Shown in pieces: positions 35,901-47,332 of a stretch of DNA of 47,332 nt (position 1 is the stretch's first letter; each line of letters begins with the position of its first letter). Below the pieces are notes generated by a model that worked only from the letters and a program-made list of their open reading frames with translations, was not told the origin of the DNA and did not search any database. The DNA is from Octopus bimaculoides. Its lineage: Eukaryota. A program made the translations under genes and the position numbers. The stretch is taken from assembly GCF_001194135.2 (NCBI RefSeq), contig NC_068981.1, positions 170,846,883 through 170,894,214 of the forward strand. Direction: 5' to 3'.

Positions 35901-38019
35901 TTTATCTGGGGTAAAAATTGTAGATTCTGTGTTGGCATAACTCTTACTATTGTAATAGAAATAGATTTTCTCTCCAGTACTACAATTACAGTATTAAAGT
36001 ATGCTGCTTAGAGTGTCATTACTTAATTGATGCTTTTTAATCACAATATGTGCATCTCACCATGCTAAAATAATTTTTGTTGTTGTTCATAACTTGAGAT
36101 CATATTTTACAAAGTTATGGTGCATAGGATATGAAGACCATGATTGGTGCAATCGACTGATGTAGCTTTGTGAAGATACATCTCCGTTTGGTTCATCTTG
36201 AAACAGCTTAGCTTGAATTTTAGATGTTTATCGCAGTAGATGTTTACTTTGAATATAATTACTTTGCGATCCCACCACTGTATCGCATATTATCCTAAAC
36301 GCCGAAACTAAATCAATGCAAAAGCTGTTCTACTTGAACTACTTTATTAGATGAGACTCATCCAATTACTATGCTAAAAGTTTTTGTTTTCTTTTTGTCG
36401 TTCCTGCTGTTGAGACTTACTCCCAGACGAGTGGAAGTATTACTTTCGAATGGCCAGTATATTGTTGCAAGTACAACAATATTTGAATGGTCTCACAGTG
36501 TTCGACTATGTTCTAAATGTGCCTGCGTGTTTAAGAGTAAATGATCGTCAAAGACAACCCAAATGAACAAATAGCTTTTCATTTGGAATATTTGGGTTTC
36601 AAGGGTATAAGTGCTTTGTATATGTGCTTGTGTGTCGTTTTTGTTGTTTTGTTGCTCTTGTCAAACGTATTTATTTTCATGTCAAACCATTTTTTTTTAA
36701 ATTCTTAAAATTTATATTCCCGTCCATTTATTTCTTCTTTATGTTTAGTATTTTTCCCTTTTACAATGCTGTTTTTTTTTTTTTTTCATTTCAAAATAAC
36801 CTCTGTGTCGGTCTCCGTATAAGTGGAAGCCATTTTCAACTATGAATTATACGATAAAAGAAAAAAAAGAACCCGCTAAATTTTAATCCAAAATGAAAAT
36901 CCAATCTTTCATTTATACTTGAAAGTGGAGAAATCTCGGAGAAAATTGTGGCACTTGAGAGGAATTCAGCTGTTCGTGTTAATAACAAAATGAATAACGA
37001 TATAAAAATGACAGAGAAAAGGGAAAGAAACCTTTTCTGTACTATTGCTTTAATGACGACGAGTGTAAAATGTATATAGAACGCGAAATGACACAACACA
37101 CTGCATTTTATATACACAAATCAGAAACTCTCATGATGATTATCGCAATATAGGACCAACAACCGAAAGCCATAGACTCATGAAGACCCACATAGACCCA
37201 GGTAAATTACTACCACTATCAGTACATACTCTCGCCCATTGCCTGCCTTCAAGAGCATGCAAAATTGTGTCATATACTCTTGTCTTCGACCTTGTTATTT
37301 TCATGGTAGGCAATACTTCTCCTGCACTTTCATTACCCTCTACAAATGTGATTTGAAAAAGTCGATGGTGAGTATGCTATGTTTAGGATTTCTTTTTAAT
37401 TTACCGTTCCTTATATTTTAAACTAATATAAAAGAACACTGAAATCTGTGAAAATTAAAGTCACAAAAAGATATGATGGAAAATTGTTGCATTTTGTCAT
37501 TAAAAGTGGCTTTGCTATTGATTATGTTAAATGAATAATTGTATTGATCGCTTCATAGAGTTTAATAATGCATTTAAGGATCTTATAACGTAAGCACCTT
37601 GAAACAGCAATTGCTGGGTTAAAAATAGATACAATCTTAGCTGAGGTCATGAAATGTCACTTTATCCTCGTGTATTCCAACTATACGATAATGCATTTGC
37701 ATAATTTATAAAACATGTGGGAGTATGTAGCCAACAGATAAAATGTGCATTCCTGACAAATAAGTCCAAGGTTAATTCGGTAAGACATAATAATATAATT
37801 TCAATTTTGGGGATTATTGAAGTCACAAATTAAGACTAGAATTAGTGTGTTGCAAATACCAAATTTTCTTCAAAGACAACATGTTTATTTTTTTCTTTCC
37901 CTTTGTTTTTCGATTTAGCTTTTAATTATACTATTCCGTATTAATTGTCAGAGTAAAAGTGTGTAATACATAGAAGTAGAGACAGACGGAGACAGCAACA
38001 ACCAGGCAGACAGATAGGT

Positions 38020-38034
38020 ATATAGATAGATAGG

Positions 38035-38091
<57 letters not shown>
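38020..38091. repeat. (AGAT)n microsatellite
   Basis: Direct reading. Confidence 0.95.
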
Positions 38092-38191
38092 GATATTTCG
38101 CTTGCTATGTCCGATGCAACGGGTTCTTACAGCTTCATCCCTCCAGAGACCCGCATTTCAATATAGATTGGAATTCAACGCATATTTTCGA

Positions 38192-38250
<59 letters not shown>

Positions 38251-38254
<4 letters not shown>

Positions 38255-39520
38255 CATGCAGGAAGTAAATGGACACCTTCAATTTCCAAAATTTCTGAAC
38301 TAAGCGTCTTAATATATTTTCAGCGGTGTAGAATTTACAATGTAATTATTTTTTTTTTCCTTCCAGTTGCCATTATGTTAAACTTTTGTGAAGAGTAACC
38401 ATGTCACACACAAAAAATTCAGCAGAGCTGTTAGATTTTCAAAAAGTGTGTATTGCTGGGCAATCTGAGGCTGATCTCAGCTAGCGAAAATTTGCCGAAA
38501 ATCTTCAAATTCCTCTTGCTACTGTTAATAGAATTATAGTGCAATTCAAAAGCCAAGGAAAAGAATCAACAGATTCTCGTCCCCACCGACGTGGGCCCTC
38601 GGAAAGGAAGCTTCGCTGTTTGAAGAGAATTGTGGAAAATGAACCCCGTTCGAAGGCTTCTGACATTGCAAAACAGGTAGAAGTTAGTCCAAGAACGTGT
38701 GTTACATATCTGCATAAGCTTGGGTATTATGAACTAGCAGCTAGAAGAAGACCTCTCCTTCAACCAATTAATATTATGAAAAGAAAGAAATGGGCTAAAG
38801 AGATGTCAGAAAAATCCAGTTCATTTTGGGATAGGGTGATTTTCTCAGATGAATCCAGATTTGCATTATTTTCAGACATTTGAGGTGTATGGGTCTGGAG
38901 GCTTCCCAATCAAGAATTTGATTTGAAACGACTCCAACCAACTTTAAAACATGGCGGTATCTCTGTAACGTTATGGGGAGCTGTCACCAGCAATGGTCGT
39001 TCTGAGCTGATTCGAATGTGATGGAACCATAACTTCTGAAAAATACATTGGCATACTTAAGCAAGGACTACTTCGGATGTTTTCACACGATAATATAACG
39101 AAAAATGAGTCTTTAATTATGTACGATGGGGCTCCATGGCACACAGCGAAAAGAAATCAACAATGGCTCACTGAAATGGGATCAAATAGCTTCCTTGGCC
39201 GAGCCAATCTCCTGACATGAACCCAACTGAAAATCTTGGAGCATACTAGATAGAGCTATACGAAAAACTCGACAGAAACCTAAATCTAAAGATGAATTGT
39301 TTCGATTGTTGCGTGAAAAGTTGGCAAAAAGTTCACGCTAAACAATCACAAAGCTCATCAGTTCAATGCCAAAAAGGGTTTCTGAATTAAAACCTGCAAA
39401 GGGAATGTCAACTAAATACTAAGGTATGTAGTCCTACCTATTGATTACGTTTCAATTGTTCGCTTTGTGTATTAAATAAAAGATTTTGAAAATTAAAGGT
39501 GTTTATTTACTTTTTGCATG

Positions 39521-39524
<4 letters not shown>
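38251..39524 (+). mobile_element. Full-length Tc1-family DNA transposon (1,274 bp) embedded in (TA)n
   Basis: Imperfect TIRs CAGACATGCAGGAAGTAAATGGACACCTTCAATTTCCAAAAT versus the reverse complement of 39483-39524; TA on both flanks; internal transposase. Confidence 0.95.
38401..39422 (+). pseudogene. Inactivated Tc1 DD34E transposase
   Basis: ATG at 38401; HTH ([18 protein letters not shown]); VIFSDESRF; YDGAPWHTAK; WPSQSPDMNPTEN (D-34-E after correcting one frameshift); ends MSTKY*. Stops at 38482 and 38881 and at least three frameshifts. Confidence 0.92.
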
Positions 39525-39573
<49 letters not shown>

Positions 39574-41351
39574 ATGTGTGTGTGTGTGTGTAATATGTAT
39601 AATATATGTTTATAAAGTATATATTATATNNNNNNNNNNNNNNNNNNNNNNNNNNNNNNNNNNNNNNNNNNNNNNNNNNNNNNNNNNNNNNNNNNNNNNN
39701 NNNNNNNNNNNNNNNNNNNNNNNNNNNNNNNNNNNNNNNNNNNNNNNNNNNNNNNNNNNNNNNNNNNNNNNNNNNNNNNNNNNNNNNNNNNNNNNNNNNN
39801 NNNNNNNNNNNNNNNNNNNNNNNNNNNNNNNNNNNNNNNNNNNNNNNNNNNNNNNNNNNNNNNNNNNNNNNNNNNNNNNNNNNNNNNNNNNNNNNNNNNN
39901 NNNNNNNNNNNNNNNNNNNNNNNNNNNNNNNNNNNNNNNNNNNNNNNNNNNNNNNNNNNNNNNNNNNNNNNNNNNNNNNNNNNNNNNNNACACACACACA
40001 CACATCTATATATATATTTATATATATGTATGCATATACAAATATTCATATATATACATATATATATATATAGATACATATATATGTATATGCATACATA
40101 CAAATATAAATATATATATATATATGTATTTATATATGCGTATATATATATTCATATATATATACATACATATATGCATATATATACATATATATATATA
40201 TGCATACATACATACATACATACATATATATATATATATGTATATATATATATCCCACTTCCTCTCTCTCTCCTGCGTGTACATTCCCTCTGCCTTTCTC
40301 TCAAAGGCATCAGCCAACACAAGGTCGAAATAAACTTCAATAGCATAGACACCGCAACTGTTATGCCTAATTTTAAAAATAAATTACAAGGCTTCCACTT
40401 AAAATTGAAATTTTGTTTTAGATCCATATCGCTGGCAGCGTTCTGTTCACTCAACTAAACTCATCAGGACGAGGATAAGTAGTAGAAAGCAATTACATCA
40501 CACTTAAAATCTTAAAAGAACGTACACGAAGAACTAAAATTAAAAATCTCTTATGAAGCATATATGCAAACAAAATATGCTGACGACATACGTTCCTTGA
40601 CACGCAATAAAAGTAAAGGTCGAGCGTCCCATTATGCTAATACTTTAATATCAATTCCAATGCAAATAACATGTAAACTATTAGCAATTGCTGACAGATA
40701 GATTAAAATTATTCATGCACATGTTCGGCGCCGTAATGTAAAATGTATACATTATACATTAGTGTAAACATGCAGATATATAAACACAATCAACAATTGA
40801 AATTCTCTCGGACGGTTAAGGTGCCACAAAGAAAAGGTACGATGGGTGTTGAAGCCTGTTCAGATGAATACACCAGTTGACTGTACGATAAATTATACCT
40901 TTCGAAGTTCAGTTCCATTTCCCCGCATGATTTCTCGCCTGTTTCTGCCATTTACCAAAGAGGTGTAGGTTTTTTTCTCCCCAAAACTGAGAGCCGCCTT
41001 ATGAGATAATATGCAGATTTATTCACAAACCTTCGCTTACCCATCTCATAAACTGGCATATTTTTCAGTCTTGTAGATATGGGCTTGCTCCACTCTGCTT
41101 GTCATATGGCATAGTGAGTTCGATCAAAATCACTTGTCTGATGATTGTTAGGAGAGTAAAATGTCCGGTCGCATACCACTCATGTTGATTATGTCAATGC
41201 TGGAAGGGACTGTTGTGCACTTCCAGTCATATACTTCATCCAGGAAACCCTTGACAGATAGGTAGATGTACGTATGCATGTATGTATGTAGACAGATAGG
41301 GAGATAGAGACAGACAGATATATAGATAATTATACACATACCTATACTCGC

Positions 41352-41733
41352 GGCACTCCGTCGGTTACGATGATGAGAGTTCCAGTTGATCCGATCAACG
41401 GAACAGCCTGCTCGTGAAATTAACGTGCAAGTGTCTGAGCACTCTACAGACACGTGAACCCTTAACTTAGTTCTCGGGGGGGATCCAGCGTGACTCAGAG
41501 TGTGACAAGGCTGGCCCTTTCAAATACAGGTACAGCAGAAACAGGGATAAAGAGTGAGAGAAAGTTGTGGTGAAAGAGTACAGCAGGGTTCACCACCACC
41601 CCTTGAAAGAGTTTTGTGGATATTTAGGTGTTTTCGCTCTATAAACACTCACAACACCTGGTGTGCGAATCAAAACCCCGATCCCATGACCGCGAGTCCG
41701 CTGCCCTAACCGCTGGGCCATTGCCCCTCCACA
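41352..41733 (-). mobile_element. tRNA-derived SINE, family A
   Basis: Reverse complement aligns end to end with 5057-5400. Confidence 0.9.
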
Positions 41734-42072
41734 CGTACATATAGACATAGAAGAGAATGATAGTACTGATACGTCCTTTCCCTCTACCCTCTACCCTCTC
41801 CGTCTCCCACTCTGTCTGTCCCTCGTGCGTGCGCGTGGGTTTCATTTCGAGAGAATCTCCTCCAGTATACTTCAGTTACTTAGTTTTCTCTGTTATTTAC
41901 CGTTAAAAAATTGATTTCGTCTGAACTAAATTCTGCTGGGAAAATGGAATATTTTATAACATTTAGAAGAACTGAAAGGAAGAAAAAATGTGTGTATCTA
42001 TTTCTGCTCCCTGTCACTAAGTCACTAAGAAAAAGTTATGTATTAGTTTACATTTACATATATATACTCCGG

Positions 42073-42121
<49 letters not shown>

Positions 42122-42799
42122 TCATAGGATATGTGGTGAGATGCTCCTGAAGTCATACTTATATCACCACGTGAGATCTAATGGAGGATAGATGATAGGA
42201 TGTTAGCTTCTCGAAGGAAGAGTTTCGAAGTTTGATATTATGTTTTCATATGTGTGTGGGTGGGTTGGGGTTTGCTCTGTGTCTAACTGTGTTACATGTT
42301 GCATGTTCTGTAATACCGTGCCTAATTACATAAGATATATTATTTCAGTTTCGTTATACACCCTTTACGTTAACCAATCTATTTCCGTACGCCTGCGGTA
42401 CCATAGGGTAACTACTGTATGGCCGGTAATTTGGGCTCGTTTAGAGGAAGTCAGATGCATTCATCAATTGACAAGTGTATCCCGATATTGCGCTGTGTTA
42501 ATGAGTTTATGGATGATGTAGCTAAATCTGAGTTTTTCTTTTTGGTGGGGTGGAATATATAGATGCCTACATTGGGGAAACGTATTGGTTTTAACGACGG
42601 TATCTTATTACTGATAATGTGTTTTATATCTGCCTGTGTGTTTAGGGGTAAAGGTACATGATGTCAAAAGGTCACTGAGGGCTATTACATTTTATTTTTT
42701 TTAAACTCTGACACTCGCATAACCTGTTAATATTTTTGCTTTGTTGAGTAACTTTAGGCAGAGATTAAGAGATTCCAGTTAGGATTGGCATAATCCATA

Positions 42800-43720
42800 A
42801 CAAGTGTAATATAATGCATATATAGTAATATTGCAGTTCTTTTTCATCTGGAAGCATGCGATACCTGTAAAGAGTTTGACCGTGGATCATTCTGATTTCT
42901 TTTCTGTGCATCATCTGTGAAATGTAATTTGCTTATTGGAGTTCTGTATACTTAAGGAAATTTCGAATAGTTGCGCAAGGATACGTAACGTAGGAAGGAA
43001 ACTTAAACATTGCTGATACCGATCGTAGTTCACTGTGGTACTTCTATTATTATTGAAACCATCTCGTATTTCTTGACTGAATTTTTGTATGTATGTATAG
43101 TTTGAGGATTCTAATTTGGGGAAGGATATATGTGACTCAAAAATATCAACTCTAAAGCCTTCTAAAGTTTTTAAGTTGATTGTAGTACTATGATCGGCCG
43201 CTTGGTGTAGTTGATTTGAGAGTCTTGCTATGAATAGCTGATGAAAGGGATGGGCAACTTTTCGTCAACTGGGGGCCGCATCGTACCATTTCCAAGTGGA
43301 TAAAACACATATGCATGTAATATTACTTGCCCACTTTACACTGAATTTTTTTGCAGTAGTTAATTTTATTTGTCTTAGCATGAACATTTATTTGTTTTAG
43401 TATGAAATTAGTCACCTAGAAACTTGTCGAGGGCCGCATGTGGCCCGCGAGTCGCAAGTTGCCCATGCATGGCCGATGATATGTGTCAGAGAAATGAAAA
43501 CGTCAGACGATAGGATTTTAAATTTTTTAGGGATTTGTAATATTTCACACCGCCCTTCCTTTTCTGGTGCCAGATAAGAGGTTTCAAACAACAATGGAGT
43601 TTCTATACGTTCTAATAATCAGTTGGAATCAACAAGATTACCCTACTTAATAACAACAGTTTGAGCATTATGAACTAATAGTGTTCAGGAATATTGGTTT
43701 CCATTATAGATTTAGCAAAC
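42800..43720 (-). mobile_element. Degenerate Penelope-like RT fossil, interrupted by a hAT MITE
   Basis: Collinear minus-strand pieces: KSIMETNIP (43698-43687 TNIP), LLFETSY..KYY, FRVDIF (cf. RYVDDIF), FNN, VSFLRYVSLRN..VYRTPISKLHF (42951-42937; cf. LPFLDV..VYRKPT..YLHF). Confidence 0.55.
43245..43471. mobile_element. 227-bp hAT-type MITE with 8-bp TSD
   Basis: TIRs AAGGGATGGGCAACTT / AAGTTGCCCATGCATG; subterminal GGGCCGCAT repeats; TSD GCTGATGA (43237-43244) and GCCGATGA (43472-43479). Confidence 0.85.
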
Positions 43721-44059
43721 CTAGTGATGTTAGTTTCCCACGAATCCCAAAATGCTTGTGTTTGGTGTCCTCATACATTTAGTGTGTCGTTTAAGAAAAA
43801 AAAAATCATTATTACATTTATTTGGTTAATGTAAATGTACCTAATTCTTTAGACCGTTACTCCATTAAATTTAATACAACCATTTACCATAAGAAATATA
43901 CTAAATATGATGTAGTTTTCAGGTAAACGTCTTTAGATAATATATAGTCTTAGTGACTGGTCACTGTTATTAAGAAATGTTTTGTCGAGTTAGCCAACAT
44001 CCATACATAACTTTTCAGTTATTCTTTGGTGGGATGGTTATAAATACTGTCAATAATAT

Positions 44060-44258
44060 ATTTCGTCTGTCTTTACGTTTTGAGTTCAAATTCCGCCGAG
44101 GTCGACTTTGCCATTCATCCTTTCGGGGTCGATAAATTAACTACCAGCTGCGTACTGGGGTCGATAAATTAACTACCGGCTGCGTACTGGGGTCGATCAA
44201 ATCGACTGGCTCCCTCCCCAAAAATATCGGGCCTTGCACCTATGGTAGAAAAGAATAA
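44060..44258 (+). mobile_element. SINE family C, 5'-truncated, with a duplicated 32-bp internal unit
   Basis: GGGGTCGATAAATTAACTACCAGCTGCGTACT at 44125-44156 and 44157-44188 (31/32 identical). Confidence 0.9.
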
Positions 44259-45446
44259 TTTTTATTATAGGCTCATACAACGCCTTCGGATAGCCGTTTG
44301 AATCGATCTCATAGTTCAGGCTGGTACAAACAACAACGAGAAAATAAAAATCTGTGAGATTTTAATTCAAAAGAGATATGTATATTTTTTTCTGTACAAG
44401 AATCACACTTAACCCGAAATTCCGAGTGTCTTCACGTTCATTCAAGTGAGATGGTGAAAGTTATATTTTTCTCAACTTTGGTTTTAAGGATTTATCTCTG
44501 CTCATCATGATTTGAAAGCTTTGTTTCTCTGGCTGCTGATAGGAGATAGAAGTCGAACTCACATATGAAAGACGCATAAAATCTCCGACACTCTCACAAT
44601 TCCGCCAGTTCACTGACCTAGAGAGGTAATTTATCCTTACCCCAAAAGACGAAGAGCAAAGTTAATCTTGGTACAAATTCGCTTCAAAACTCCAAACAGG
44701 CTTACTTTTTCCCCGTCGTCCTCACTGCACTATAACAGCTCACCAGTTAGACGCATTGGGCATATTATTATGGTGTAAACAATTTACTTAAATGAATTAG
44801 CAATATGCCTATACCATTCTCATTGTATTAAACATAATAGCTTATCTAGTTACATAGAAGTCTTAGAACATTTACAAGGTTATTTTGTCACTAAAATCCA
44901 TCAGAGTGCTGCAATTCAGATTATTTTATGAACTTCAGAAGTAGAAAAAGGTAAATAGACATGGTAAGATTTGAACTTATTACATTGAAAAACGAATTTA
45001 GACGGCAATTCTCCTGAGCCATCTCAATATTTATATTCGTCACGATAAAAGGTGAAAAATTAACGCGATATATGCATACTATTTAGATTAAATACTCCAA
45101 AAATAGTTAATTATAATCTATTTCACAGGAAGGTAAGTTTAAAATAAAAGAATATAATACTAACTATAAGCACAGATTTCCTATCTATTTCTTAAAATTA
45201 TTACCTTGTGTTCATTGGATATTATTCAATATAATTTTTCTTATATTTCTAATATGAGTGCACGAAATATTAAAAAAATGTATCTCATAACTAAATTAGC
45301 AAATAATGCAACGGAAAGAAAACACAATTTGTGAATTGCTTCTAAAAAAAAGAAAGCATTACTAACAAAAGTATGATACATAAATAGAAATACAAATTTT
45401 ATAAGAAGTAAAGCATATTATATAAAAGGAACATTTGTAAATTACA

Positions 45447-45488
<42 letters not shown>

Positions 45489-46149
45489 NNNNNNNNNNGT
45501 GTGTGTGTGTGTGTGTATGTATGTATATAGCAATAACTATGTACAGAGAAATGAATGTGGAAACTGAACGATGAAAAAAAAATCGTGAGAAAAATTGTAT
45601 AGTTATGATATTGTAATTATTTTAATATTTTATGTTTTAAGTTTCTATCAAAGTATATAATTCATATCACGGAAGTGAAACATAAACCCACACGCACATA
45701 TATATATAGGCATACAGTTATACAGACAAAAATACATACTGACGTGTATGATTGGTATTAACGTAATTCCACTTATATATATATCGGTGTTTATATGTAT
45801 GCCCACACATATACACACACACATATATACATGTATATACATACAAATATTTTCATACATACATATATATACATGTGTGTATATATATTTATATGTATAT
45901 ATTTATATACATATATATATATTATGTATGTATATATGTATGTATATATGTGTGTATGTATACGTATGTATGTATGTCTTTAAATATAGTTTATAATTAC
46001 AGATAATTCACAAAGAAATTCTAGATTACAAAACGCAATGCGTAAATGTAGAGATTCTTTCCTATATCGTAGCTTAAAGGCTCACAGATACCAATGAGCT
46101 GATACTAGCATTTATATATCTAAGGTAGACACACAGATGTACAGAGAGA

Positions 46150-46150
46150 C

Positions 46151-46195
<45 letters not shown>

Positions 46196-46196
46196 T

Positions 46197-46229
<33 letters not shown>

Positions 46230-46262
46230 CATGCAAGCAGAGACAGACGGACAGACAGACAA
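46150..46262. repeat. (GATA)n/(GACA)n microsatellite
   Basis: Direct reading. Confidence 0.95.
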
Positions 46263-46446
46263 ACAGAGAAAGATTCATATATGTAAAGCATAACCTGGGA
46301 GATGAGTGGCAAACACTGCATTGGTGGATGGATAAATCATTTCCTTAAACGGTAGTATGCTACAAAACTTGTAGCAATTCTTTTATTTGAATGTATTTGG
46401 AATTAGTGAATTGTAGATTAAATAGTATTGGAAATTGTGCCATCTA

Positions 46447-46662
46447 CGATGGGGTGCTTAAAAGTTCCTAGTTTTACTGGTATTGTGAAGAGTCTGGTTG
46501 GAGGCCCAATCTTCCGCGGTCTTTTACAGGGTGTATAAACACTGAAAGACTGCTGCATAAATGTGTGAATCGGAGAGTTCATTATGTTGAACAAAATCAT
46601 GATTAACTTATCCTACTGTATTTTGTTTTACCCCAAATCAGAAACTTTTCAGCACCCCCTCG
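46447..46662 (+). mobile_element. mariner-derived MITE (internal deletion derivative) with TA TSD
   Basis: TA-CGATGGGGTGCTTAAAAGTTCC / GAAACTTTTCAGCACCCCCTCG-TA; internal KCVNRRVHYVE matches the mariner transposase C-terminus (KCVxxxGxYVE). Confidence 0.85.
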
Positions 46663-47019
46663 TAGTTAGTATTGTTCTCTAAAAATATTTTAGAGTTGCT
46701 ACAAGTCTGCAATGTACGACTGACTTATAGTGAAATATTTGCATAACACGGGTGGTATCTTTTTTCATTACTCTACAATTCAAAAGGATACATACAGCTT
46801 AAACACATTGAATGTTTATCATTGTTTACTAAAATATATTCTATCTTCAAAATGGAATCTGAAGCATTTCGGTATATGTTCACATTCTTGTTCAATGTCA
46901 CTCCTCAAATCTTCCACTGTTGTCGGTTTAGTTCCGCACTTTAATTTTTAAAACATCCCCATAAACCTCTAAGGTATAGACGTCCCCGATTATTGTCAAA
47001 GCGGAGAGTGCTCTACTGA

Positions 47020-47230
47020 GCCTCTTCGTCTAATCCGCTTATTTGGGAAAATCACTTCAATAAAGGCCTTTACAATTGCAAAGGGCTAGATATAGAATGG
47101 CTTACTCAGAGACAGAGAGAAAAGATTGAAACATTCGAATAGAACATATGTGGACGCATAGTTTGTTGTCACATCTCAGAACTGCCATAGTCACATGTAA
47201 CCGAGCAATCTGCCAGCACTCGCAATTTTT
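47020..47230 (+). mobile_element. Possible RTE-like LINE relic
   Basis: EWLTQRQREKIETFE*NICGRIV resembles ETWxxTxxxxxKIExFExxxLRRI; short and degenerate. Confidence 0.35.
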
Positions 47231-47332
47231 TTATTTTTCGACGAACTATTTGTAACATCAAACAATATTGCTATGACGTCAAAGATACTTCCATAAGAAT
47301 AAAACAAATATATATATATATATATATATATA

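Noticed and set aside
36368-36545. 57-codon ORF with a hydrophobic N-terminus and a Cys-containing tail (MLKVFVFFLSFLLL..)
   Set aside because: Hydrophobicity comes from a T-rich tract; no supporting gene structure.
40898-40952. Possible first coding exon on the minus strand (MAETGEKSCGEMELNFER, then GTATAA)
   Set aside because: 18 codons only; no downstream exon could be linked.
42440-42490. HLSIDECI on the minus strand resembling piggyBac LSIDE
   Set aside because: Isolated 8-aa match with no neighbouring piggyBac motifs.
26-46321. Numerous long ORFs rich in Y/I/H/T/V/C/M or X in the ORF track (e.g. 2365-3112, 15519-16137, 39503-40458, 45648-46321)
   Set aside because: They are translations of microsatellites and N gaps, not genes.

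Overview
AT-rich eukaryotic genomic DNA from a gapped short-read scaffold: eight N runs, most flanked by (TA)n/(CA)n/(TACA)n microsatellites. The repeat families (three tRNA-derived SINE types, a mariner MITE, RLE-LINE tails) match my recollection of Octopus/coleoid repeats. That taxon call is inference and was not searched. I found no host protein-coding gene I can recognise, so the window looks intergenic or intronic. It is a mosaic of decayed mobile elements: a 1,274-bp full-length but inactivated Tc1 (DD34E); a ~1.9-kb hAT (Tip100-like) transposase fossil; a Helitron Rep fossil; two Penelope-like RT fossils (one with GIY-YIG); a Tx1/L1 ORF1-ORF2 fragment; four RLE (R4/NeSL-like) LINE tails; RTE tails; hAT, mariner and piggyBac-like non-autonomous elements; and about 17 SINE copies. 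The most interesting signal is a recurring set of degenerate type-I hammerhead-ribozyme-like motifs (CUGAnGA..stem II..GAAA + short, often palindromic stem III), seven of them in the first 17 kb. One lies in a ~400-bp non-coding insert bounded by a perfect 26-bp direct repeat, which suggests non-autonomous hammerhead-bearing (Penelope pLTR/retrozyme-like) retroelements. Every copy here has core or stem defects, so none is predicted active as written.
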